Source: Leptogorgia sarmentosa (Eukaryota). Taken from it: 64,000 nucleotides of DNA. This document shows, one piece after another, positions 39,283-50,800 of this stretch. Within the stretch, counting starts at the first letter, position 1. Every line of letters starts with the position of its first letter. The stretch is from assembly GCA_964658305.1 (NCBI GenBank), contig OZ210885.1, forward strand, positions 1,426,001 through 1,490,000, written 5' to 3'. A model generated the notes under the pieces. It did not search any database. It was not told the origin of the DNA and was given only the letters and a program-made list of their open reading frames with translations. Made by a program: the position numbers and the translations under genes.

Positions 39283-39414
39283 CACGGAAGAAGACCGTTG
39301 CACTATTTGAGTACTAACTGACAATGACATATTTTAGCTTAGAGATTGTCGAGTAAAAAATGTTGTAATTTCATGGTTAAAAATGTAGTTGGAAACTGTC
39401 AGTGGCATTCCTAA

Positions 39415-39420
39415 AATAAA
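39415..39420 (+). terminator. Candidate polyadenylation signal AATAAA of gene B (homologous signals: A 6650-6655 -, C 44691-44696 -)
   Basis: AATAAA ~130 nt after the stop, at the same aligned position in all three paralogous 3' UTRs. Confidence 0.6.
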
Positions 39421-39740
39421 AACAAAGCTTTTTTCAGTATGTTTTTCAGTGTATGTTTTTCAATCTTGCGATGCTCACTCACTATACGTCTATAAGAGAA
39501 CTTAGCATTTTATAGTAATAAGACCAGTATAGAAATTTAACAAAATTTCACGAGTTTCCTGAACATTCTATCTGCTAAAATTCTGAAATATCACGATAAA
39601 ATATCTTTCCAACATCACGAAAGAATATTTTTCATCACGATATTATAATATTTTTCAAACATCACGATAAAATGTTTTTTTGAAACATTAAGATTGTCGC
39701 ACACTTCAGCCATCAAACTGCAGTTTGAGGTGAGATGTGA

Positions 39741-39929
39741 TACCTTAACTTGTATTTAAATTCGCGCGGTACTAATTTCCGCGCAGCATTAAATTCGCGC
39801 AATTTAATTCGCGCACCTTTTCAGACTTATTCGCGCTGCTTTAAATTCGCGCAGCGTAAAATTCTTACAAGTAGTCAGCGGTATCCCTTTCTACTTTTGC
39901 TCGGTTAGTTTCACAGAACTATTATTATA
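39741..39929 (+). mobile_element. DNA-transposon terminus with TTCGCGC subterminal repeats (mirror copy at 44187-44375)
   Basis: Starts TACCTTAACTTGTATTTAAATTCGCGCGG, with repeated AATTCGCGC motifs. Absent from the homologous 3' flank of gene A (~6410). Confidence 0.6.
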
Positions 39930-40546
39930 AAATTAATTAAGATTCGTACAAAAACTTGACTAAACGATTAAGAACTTGTTCAAATACAAACAAGAAAGAA
40001 CAATATTCTATTTTTATCCCAGTGTTTACGGTACAATTAGAATCACCCCTATTTTTAGTCTAATATTATTTGAAAAGTTTACAGCCTAACGTTTGTTCAC
40101 ATTACAATTCAAACGGGCCCTCCTTTTGCCGTGGCTCCTCCAAGAAGCAATCCAATATATGATAACATTCAAGACATGTATTTTTTTATGGAATAATAAA
40201 TAATCCGCTCTATTTTGTAAACCAAACGTAATAATTTATGACAATATTTTCATGGCAACGACACTCGATCAAGCTGTTCTAATTACCTGTCTTGGATGTA
40301 CAATCAACAGCAAAATCAAGTGTGGGAGGGGATTGGTGGCATGCAATTCTTTTACGCAATGTTTTCATTGATTTCATATGTTTTAATTATGCTTTCATAC
40401 ATGCAGTTTTGCTCAATGTTTTATTGAGATATATGTTTACTCAATTTTTATTTTCATATATGTTTTACTTAATTTTTTATTTTCATGTATGTTTTACTTA
40501 ATTTTTTATTTTCATATATCCTTTACTTCATGTTTTATTTCAACAG

Positions 40547-41438
40547 CCTTCAGATATAATGGTGTTGACTATCATCCAATCAATATCAAGAGATCGTGGA
40601 TTGACCAGCAACTTGCCTGCCGCCATCTTGGTCGTGGTTGGGGATTGGCCACTGTGGCAACAGTATCTGACTTCAACGGCTTGAGGGATAACGTCATTCG
40701 TCAACTCAGTACGTGTAACATTTTCTTTTCTACAGACATACCGTGAAGAAAATAATTTATGTAGCCGAGACCAAAGGCATACTTTTTAACTTGGGTTTGT
40801 GATATCCTTTATCACTATATCAATTGTTTAATTATCAAAAATGTGTTTTCTGTCTCTAAACTATTATTTTATATCTCAATAATGATACATAAAATGAAAA
40901 ACCTGTTTTGTGTGTTTTGGGTTTACTTACGTTGTAAAAGCCTAAAGTTTTGATGGATATTTATACACCTTTCACACTCCATGCAAAACAGGTATGATAT
41001 AATACAATAGCGAAAAAAATCTACATTACATAACAGTTCCTGAGCTAGCGTTTCACGATTTAACCGTACATTTTAAATGACACCAATAAATAAAAACGTC
41101 CTTGATTGAGTCAACAAAGATTGTTGTCACATTTGACACATACTCTGTGTTCTTATGCTATTTTCCTAATATCTTCAGGCCTGCACAACAACCGAATCAG
41201 GATTGGTGGTGGAACAGACAGGCATAATGAGGGACTTCACTGGGAATTCACTGGTACTGGGAATTCACCCATTCTCCAATCAACATAGGCGATTTGAAGC
41301 TGAGAGACAATGACGGATTGGGCAACGTAGCCTTCGAAAATGGCGGCGAAGAAGACTGCATGGAGATGTCCAGCATGGAACGGCATCAACGACCGACCTT
41401 GTGACCAACGCTATGTCGCTCTTTGCCAAAAATATTAA
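40547..41438 (+). pseudogene. Disabled two-exon C-type lectin domain gene (exons 40547-40708 and 41179-41438); no signal exon found
   Basis: Exon 1 (..RSWIDQQLACRHLGRGWGLATV..) is open. Exon 2 has IGGGTDRHNEG, then a stop (TAG ending 41288) and frameshifts separating NGGEEDCMEM from AWNGINDRPCDQRYVALCQKY*. It also has an internal duplication of actgggaattcac. Confidence 0.75.
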
Positions 41439-41913
41439 TATGGCAACAGACAAAATTTTTCCACTGAAATTCATGTACTAATCATGGCAGGTTAATAAAT
41501 CAACTGACCAACAACTCAGAAGTCTTTTGGATTAGCACACGAATAATGTGCTTTCTATTGTGGGGGCTATTATAGGGGGGGGGGGCAGTATTTCCGCAAA
41601 CCGAGCATTTTTTTCCTCTTGTTCCGTCAACCACCCGTGGTTTTCTTGTAACCGTTACTGCCATGTTTTCCACATAATAAAGCAATAACGACCATCCCTT
41701 TTTCTACGAAATATATTTGAATCATTCAAAAATGCTATGAAGGAGGGATAGTCATGCAGATCATCATCGTGTTACATCGCATTAGCAATAGAGACCCCAA
41801 GATTGACGCTTAAGGATAACCGGAAGCTTCAAATCGCAGGTATGGGCCACTCTTTAGACCTCTTTAGGCCCCTTAGGACATTGGCACATCAGATTTACTT
41901 GGTGAAGAAACCT

Positions 41914-42532
41914 CATGGCCAGAAATCGCGGACATTTGAAGTACGCGTGGGCGAACATATTTGTTCAAAATGGCATACAAGTTGCTATGTTTAATGAACG
42001 AGGAATTAGCTTATTTGAAATTAACTTTGTATTATAGCGCCTTGAAGCATTTGCCGAAATGGAAATAGCATATGCTAATTGACAGGAAGCTTCGAAGCAA
42101 AACAAAATTGCAATCAGTATAATACTGACTCTGCTTTTCACACATAAAGCATTAATTTGGCCTGTATACTATTACTATAGTAAACACGAAATGATTTAAA
42201 AGGCTAACGTTAGATGAAAATCGTAACGTCCACAGACAACAAATTTAAGTTGCCGAAACTGTTTATGTGCAAGTGGTAATTCCTCTGTCTGTTGTGACAT
42301 GTTGATCGCCATACGATGAACAGTTCTTCTGCTTTTCCGAAATAAGTCCTCATAACTGTATGATATATAATAATTATATGATTATATGTATACATATACT
42401 TCAAACACGATGATATTTATGGATACAAGAGTATTTTAAGGGTTTGCACGAGACTACAAGGGATGTTTGCGAGAAACTGTAATTGTATGGTAATTGTACT
42501 GCGGGCTCAAATGTCCGGAATTTCTGGCCATG
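41914..42532. mobile_element. Non-autonomous TIR element
   Basis: CATGGCCAGAAATCGCGGACATTTGA ... TCAAATGTCCGGAATTTCTGGCCATG (26 bp, 2 mismatches); no TSD seen. Confidence 0.6.
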
Positions 42533-42611
42533 TCCTGGATTTTATGCGAACTACATGTAATTCGGGGGTTGCCTTTAGTAAGTAGCAATTTTATTTAATT
42601 TGACTTACCCA

Positions 42612-43330
42612 CTAAAATAGTCTTGAAAGTCTTGGATCGAACTCGATACTTGGTTTAATTGCATTCCCATCATTGCTTATTTCACAAGGAATTACACGAA
42701 CAATGTCAGATGCAATAAAAGGAGCTGTTTGATTGTTACTCGTAGCCAGCGCTAACTGAACCAGTGAAAGTGGCTTAAGAACACCAGATTTCACAGTATG
42801 AACAGCTTGCTCTTTGTTACATACCGATTCTGAAGGACCTCCAAAGTTCATTTTACATGCATACTTGGATTGCATCGAGGCTTTTTCCCTAATTGTCCGC
42901 CAATGTTCATAAGTCCCCGGAAAAAATTAACGGTTCACCTGCCGCCTAAGTGACGGATAGTGTTAAAGAATTCGACAACCTCGCGATCATAAGCATGACA
43001 TCGATCGTAGAATATTTCAATAACGTCTGAGATATTTGTACAGGATTCCGCTTTCCTGCTTATCAAACCTCTGCGGATCAAGTCATCGAATTTGCGACAA
43101 ACAGAATCTGATTTATCCACACTATAGGCACTCCATCGATCATCATCATCAAAATCATTAATGTCAGAGTCTAGAGTAAGACCATCATGGGCAGAACTAT
43201 GGTCTTCCCTTTCGCCTGAGTCAATTGAAATATCTTGATCACTTTTTCAATGTGTGCGACGTATTCATTCCTCACTGGAAAGACGGCTATCATCTGTATC
43301 CAATACTATGTCATTTGAACTTGAATTACA
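42612..43330 (-). mobile_element. Frameshifted transposase-like fragment, possibly P-element/THAP9-related, in the palindrome spacer
   Basis: Adjacent broken ORFs ..YDREVVEFFNTIRHLGGR / ..NFGGPS..ISNDGNAIKPSIEFD; the last motif resembles a first catalytic-Asp motif. Family assignment is tentative. Confidence 0.4.
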
Positions 43331-44822
43331 AATCTTTGTAAGGGTGGTCAATGGTCATCACTGATCTCAAATTAAGGTGACTATCATGAAGAGCCGAAGC
43401 TTTTTAAAGCTTTTTGTCCTTTGGAAAAGCAAAAACAAGGCAAGATCCACGCTGTAAGACTTGGAAAGCCTTCTCAGAAGGGGAACAAACGACTACGGAT
43501 TGAAACTCAAGATAAGTTCGTCAATATGTTGTCGGTAGTGAACTTTTGTTTTGCGTATTTATTATCTACAGTCTACTGTTTGTATGAAAGGTCGCCGTAG
43601 CCGAATTTAATCTATTCACGGCTCAATTCCAGACTATAATTTTATCTTTTTTAAGGCAGGACTTCATAAAATATTTACAAACTTTATCCCAAAAGAACAC
43701 GAGCAAACATTGGCTGGAAATTGTTTCATATCAAAGACTGACTTAATTGAAACGTTTTATGCAAATAAATGTAGTATTTCGCACCTAATATCCTTGTAGT
43801 CAATTTCCTGGACGCTGATTGGCTAAAAATCTTCAACAACTGTGCAAATACCACGGTTTCGAGCACAAACACGCGTGCAATTTTTCATTAATACTTCTCG
43901 AACCGTGTAATTTCCTATACAAATTCAAGTTTATACTAGTCCTAATAACGTACGAATAACAAATGGTTCTCCAAATTAAAAAAAATGGCAAAATAAAACA
44001 AAGATAAAAGCTGATATTTTGACTGTCTTCAAAAAAAATTACGGAAATATATTGAATTTCCGATCGTGTTGCCATGACAAGTGACAACAACCTCAGGCAG
44101 TCTTTGAAGAAATACTTCCTGTTCCAAAAATATAGTTGCATTAATTGGTTAGTAAGGCGAGGTTGCTGCATATGTATTTCTAGTTATATAATAATATTTC
44201 TGTGAAACTAACCGAACAAAAGTAGAAAGGGATACCGCTGACTACTTGCAAGAATTTTACGCTGCGCGAATTTAAAGCAGCGCGAATAAGTCTGAAAAGG
44301 TGCGCGAATTAAATTGCGCGAATTTAATGCTGCGCGGAAATTAGTACCGCGCGAATTTAAATTCAAGTTAAGGTATCACATCTAACCTCAAACTGCAGTT
44401 TGATGCCTGAAGTGTGCGACAATCTTAATGTTTCAAAAAAACATTTTATCGTGATGTTTGAAAAATATTATATCGTGATGAAAAATATTCTTTCGTGATG
44501 TTGGAAAAATATATCGTGATATTTCAGAATTTTAGCAGATAGAAGGTTCAGGCAACTCGTGATATTTTGTTAAATTTCTATACTGGTCTAACTACTATAA
44601 AATGCTAAGTTCTCTTATGGACGTATAGTGAGTGAGCATCGCAAGATTGAAAAACATACACTGAAAAACATACCGAAAAAAGCTTTGTTTTTTATTTTAG
44701 GAATGCCACAGTTTCCAACTACATTTTTGACCATGAAATTACAACTTATTTCTACTCGACAATCTCTAAGCTAAATGCCATTGTCAGATAGTACTCAAAC
44801 AATGAAGCGGTCTTCTTCCATG

Positions 44823-47800
44823 CTAAGAATTTTCCTTTCCTGTAATAAAAACGAAATTTCTTTTTAAATCTGTTAAATTTAACTTTGGTAGCTATAAGTT
44901 ATGACTAGACAGAAGTATAGGACCTGGGTTTATACTTGCTAATTTCGTCGTGATTTTATTAGTGTAATTTTTTTCGTGCGAAAGAGGAAACTAGTTGGAA
45001 GAAGAAACATGCACTCAGCATATCTCAGCATATTCGCTGCAAATCACTGCAGCCACTTCTGTGGAAGAAAATGTTTCAAAACCTTCCTTCAAGTGCTTAT
45101 AACTTAACCACGAACACACAATATAATGCCAGAATTAGCAAATGAAATTAAAATTTGACTGAGAAACGAGAAAGCTGACGTGTGAGAACATCTGGATCAA
45201 GCAGTGTCTTTTGTTGTATATTGAAGTATCATTAAACATTTCTCAGCGACTATTACAAACGAAAGCCGCTAAGTATGTCTTTGACGCCAATAATATATTA
45301 TTTCAGAGAATGTTTTGCCTTTTGTATGTGAAAACAGTACTTAATCCATGTCTTGAAACACTGAATATGTCTTCGAAAACTGTATACTCACTGTATTTGC
45401 AAATAAAGAATTCATTTAATTCACAATTCTTCGTGGTCCACACCCCATTATTGCCATAACGCATTGTGAAGCAGCCAGAGGTTGGCAATGCGCCGCCTCC
45501 AAAATTGTGATAGTGCATCGGGGAATAATCCTGGGCACACAGCTTCTCACCGCATGGACGAGTATTCATCCAAAATGACCTTCGAGATGGTTTCACAAAT
45601 GTGTCGTAAATAAATTTGTTTTCATCCTCATTTTCTGGGGACATAAACTTTTCCCCCTCTGGACATCTTGCATCATTCCATTTATCTTTAAGCATCTTCC
45701 CGTAGCAAATACTACCACGCGCGGAATATTTAGATTTGCACTCTGGAGAATAAAATGGAAAAATAAATTTTTAATTTTTTTAGTCCCGCATCACTGCAGA
45801 ACCGACGGCGCTAAGCCAGGGGCCATAAAATTTAATTAGAAGAACAGATCTATGAGTTAAGTGAAGTTAAAAGACGAAAACATTTTTGTTTTGATCAACA
45901 TATCATAAAAATGCGCTGCAAATAAAGCCAAACCGATCACATAATAATAATTAATAACATATATAAATTTCAAAAATTTCATAAGTATACAGACCAACAT
46001 CTTTGCAGGTAGGACCACTGAATCCACTTGGACAAATGCATTTGAAATTTGTTTTGCCATCATTTTTACATTGAGCGCCATTAAAGCACGGCATCTCAGC
46101 ACAAGGATCACCTTGAAATGAATTTAAGACCATTTAAGAATTTAAGACCTTGTTCAACTTTAGAATTGCGACGTTCCCTTTGATCTGGGAAACATGGAAA
46201 AGTACTGCCAATAGTTTTAAAATATAAATGCATTTTTCGATCAAAGCTAATAAACTCCTAATGAAATAATTATAATTCACTCTGATTCTAAATTCTTAGT
46301 AGACTTATAAATTTGTTTACTTAATATAATTACCAAGTTTCAAGAAGTTTCGGAAAACGAAAGATATAAACAGAAAAATAAAAAGAGTAAACTAGATTTC
46401 TATTTGGCAGCTATAGTTCCTGCAGGTTTTTCACTCATGGTCAGATCGGCTGGTTAGAATAAGTGCATGTCCTTAATTTGATAAGTGCAGTTTCACACCA
46501 TACTCTATAGCAAATAAGATAGGAAATCACGCGATAGCGAGTGAAAAAAGCCTCTCTTATATAGGCCATCAAATTTCATTTGACAAATTTCATGTGACAA
46601 ATACATTTGCACAACCAGCTTTTATACACATACATTTGTCAAAGTAAATTTGTCTAAAAATACTAATATGCCAGGTCAATAAACACTTGACACAGGGAAC
46701 TTGGAAAAATGTGCTACTTCTTACCACATTCTTCAAAACCAGGTTTTCCTTCCCAATCGATATTGAGTCCTTTCGAAGTGCAGGATTTGTCGTACGTATC
46801 CAACGCTTGGCACCAGGCTGCAGAAGGATTCTGTGTCATGGCGCACAAGTCATATTCACAGTCAGGAATATACCTAACGTCAGGTGTGATTTTTTCGTTA
46901 CATTGTTTGAACGGTGCCTGTTTCATTTTTCCACACTTTTGTTTAATTGCATTGTATTGTGCTTGGGTGAGTTTTTTACACGGATCTGGTGGAACGATAC
47001 CATTCACACAACGACGATTTTTTCTCCATGCGTTTGCAAAATTCGGGATATTTGTGGTAATAGTTTTGTCTGGAAGTTGAAAATCATTATTCGGATTGCC
47101 ATCAGCATTTCCCATCAAGCCGCACATGTTGCCTTCATAACGCTGATTTATATCTACGAGGATCCCCATGAATCCATCCCAACGTACAGAAAACAAGAGA
47201 TCCGGAACATCGAGAAGTGCTCCTCTTCCATATCTGGTAATTTTTGTTGTTGAACCTAGTAATTTAAAGAGGGCAGGTTCAGATTTGCCTTCCACTACCA
47301 TTGCCGCAACTATTACGGAAACATGAATCAATCGGACAGGGGCGTCGCCAGGTTTGTCGAGGTTGTAGAATGCACCACTCATATTATGAAACATTGAAAA
47401 TACAAGAGAAGGTCGCGTTAACTATAATTGAACAATAAAACTGATCATCTCGAGTTAGAATGAAAGATTTCTTTGAGAAAAGAGTAGACCAACACAAAAT
47501 GCCGTTCACAAAATTTGACGTTCTTTTTGTAATTATCGGTAACCTACACTTGCTGCATACTGAATGATGAATCATTACCCGGGATTGGTTTCCATGGAAA
47601 ACTTCTGATACGAACTCCGTCCACATAAACGACTCCTCCCCTCTCGAACTTTACTTCTTTTTCTTGAAACAGAACCCGTATAGACCTAGTGCAGCTGACA
47701 GAGCCTCCACCACAAGGTTCATTTTGTTGAAGAACTTCAAAAGCGTGGTCCTTGCCACAATCTTTGGCGTAAACATATTCACATCTGCCCATGAAGTCAT

Positions 47801-50800
47801 ATCGCCTTCCGTCAAAAGTGACGTAGTGAGGATCACCGTTGGCAGGTCCCTCTGTAAGAAGTTGTGATCCAATCAATACAAAGCCTTATTTATTGCAATA
47901 TTTCAATCCAATGTTGCTCGATTTTCTATTCAAGCTCCTGAGCCTGATTATTATTACCTATTCAAATACGTAGTGTTATATATTTCTTTCTCAAAATGAG
48001 TTAGCTTGCTTTTATAATGCATGTGCATTTCCAGAATATAACCATAATTCACCAGGCATTGTGTTATTATTTTCACTAGAATCCTTAAGGAATACTGGAT
48101 TATAAAATGCATGGATTTCGAATTTAAAAAAATATTTATTGGTCTACTTCTTTTCTCGTGCTTTTAGCAATTATTAATTTTATGGAAACAACCAATCATA
48201 TCTGTTGCTCTTATTCTGAAGGACAAATTGCATACAGTGACTGAATCGCAAAAAATAAGATGTTTTTGGTAACTCTCTAAGGAAAAACTTGTTCAAAATA
48301 TTTTTCATTCTCTCACAACTTCATTAAAGAATCAAAATAATTTCTTCTCAAACTTGTCTACCTGCTTTATTTTTAGTAGCACTAAAATTTTTCAGTATGG
48401 CAGTTGTATTATACTGTTACGTAATTCTGATCAAAGATGCATGTATTGGGTATTCTGGTGGAACAGAGCAACGCACTGCCACCACACAGGCGTATTTAAG
48501 TTCGACGCCTGCTCAAAAACCCAATAGTTGATGATTTTCCCGGTTGGAATATTGAATCTTGACAGTTGAGCACAATAACTCTCCAAAATAAATTATTGGA
48601 CTTGGGCGAATTTAAAGTAAAAAAATCAATGTTTTAAATGGGTCTGATAGATACCTTTGTCACACTTTGGACCAGTCCACTTATCGAGACAAATGCACTG
48701 GAAATCACCATTCGCTAGATTAATGCACTTCTTAAAATTAACACAAGGTCGTTTGTCGCATGGTCGTTCTAAAGAATATCAAGAATCGTTGAATATATTG
48801 CTAGATTTATTGAGATCATTATAAATTCGAATAAAGTACTATCCGGTTTCAATTGGCTGCTGCTTTTTCGGAATTAGATTCGACCTTTGAGCATCACTTT
48901 TTGATTATTACTATCATAGGCAAACGGGACCAAATTATTTGGGGGGGCTGGACTGTTTGCCCGAAAAATTTTCCACTCGCGTGCATTGCTATTTGAAGAC
49001 ATGTTTAACTATCTCCCCCCGCTCCCCCGCTCACAATTTTTTTTTTATAAGCACGTGCAGAAACAGCTATTATGTCATGAAAGATTTTGTTATGTTCAAT
49101 TTTTTTTGAGCATATTCGCCGAAAAACCCAAATATTTTAATATATTGCCCGAAAAACCTAAATATATTGCCCGAAAATCGAAATATATTGCCCAAAAATT
49201 GTCCATTTAATCCAAGCTGGGGGGGGGGGGCTGCAGCCCCCCAGCCCTCCCCCCCCCCCCCCCCCCCCGCCTCGTACGCCTATGATTACTATACGTAAGT
49301 ACTAGCTACAAAAATATCCAAATATCAAAAAGGGAAAACGTCCATTGCCGCACTTGCTGCATGTGTAGCTACTAAAGAGTTTTGGGTAATATCTCCGACG
49401 AAAAAGAATATAACAAAAAAGTAAAAACGATTTTTAACGACAAATTCGTACTGCAACGTGCCAAACAAGTCAAAATAGCTGCAACTTCATTGCATTGCGA
49501 ATTATCTTGCAAACGTCGTCCCGTGAACATCAGCTTAATAAGGCTGTGGTGTCTTGTTACCATTAAAAGATATTGTGATTAAAAGTAATTATCAATACTG
49601 TACCGTCACAATTCTTTCCAGTCCACATTTGATCACATTTGCATACGTAATCGACGTCGCTGACATCCTTACAAACACCGTTTTTACACGGCTTTTTTGC
49701 TTCACATGGGGGTGGTACTAAAATTCATAATTTCAACGACAATTGCAGCTACAATTATTTCAAATTAATTAAACAACATGATTTTTTTAAGTATTAAAAT
49801 GTTGTATTCAACCAATACTTTACCTTCACAGTCTTTTCCCGAGTAATGATCGATGCATGTGCACTTGTAGCCTGTGTTTACCTCTTCACAAGTCCCTCCG
49901 TTTTGACAAGGGTCTGTATCACATGGCGCAACTGAAATACATTAACGGAGATTCAAATTTTACGTTGGTAGGACTTAAGCATACTGCTCTTGAAAAATGA
50001 GTAATATATTCCAAGAAAAGAAATGGAGTGAACTGAAACTGGCAAGCTTTTTTTCACTATACCCTTCCTAATGATAGAACGTGAATGGAACAAAATGAAT
50101 GATATTGAGCCACAACCCACTTGTCCAGTTTTTACATAGCGCCCAGTTGGACAGCATTTGAGTACATTAATGTGGATGCTTTTAAACAATATCTTAATTT
50201 CATTATGTCATGTCTTTATGTGACTTTGCAAGTTTCGAAACTTGTACCAAGCTTTCAACAACTGGTAGAACCAGTACAGCCGGCTACTGGTCCTATGTAG
50301 CTATATTCATCATAATTTTGACCACGAGCACCAGAGATAATTTCGTAAAAATCGTTTTAATTAGTAGAATCAGAAAATATTGCAAAAATAATTCAAAAAC
50401 GCCTCTGAGAAGACATTTTCATTAACGAAATTTCACATGTTTTGCCGCTATCTATTGATAGAGTTGTGTAGCCGATCAAATTGCAGCATTTCTAATAGTA
50501 TTTTGGTATGATTCTACTAATTATGATTATTATCAATCAAATTTATATATAGTTCTTCTTCGTATTATACACGATAACAATGCTACGAAATTCATGAAAC
50601 ATATTTTTTCCAGTTTTGTCGAAACTATACGCGGAGCCAGCTGCTGTTGTTATCTTTCGATCAAATGCATATTTATGGCATGCGCAAAAATAAAATTGAA
50701 GCATACTTACTATCGCAGCGCTTGCCGCTATATCCTGGTTTACATTTACATACTGCGTTTGGTCTGTCACATGTGCCTCCATTTGGGTCGCAGTTTAGGT

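Larger units (their letters stand above)
17850..39929. repeat. Left arm of large inverted duplication (gene A head + intergenic + gene B)
   Basis: Reverse-complement homology to 44187-~63520 in B/C exons, introns and 3' flanks, B/C upstream region, and A/D promoter, signal exon, CTLD exon and following intron. Interrupted by many indels and TEs. Confidence 0.8.

Noticed and set aside
46714..47394. 226-aa ORF as a stand-alone gene, and similar ORF-track starts
   Set aside because: The N-terminal extension is intron read-through upstream of the acceptor at 47255, as shown by comparison with A and B.
49219..49270. G/C homopolymer tract as a functional G-quadruplex
   Set aside because: It is internal to a hAT MITE absent from paralog B; homopolymer lengths are also error-prone.
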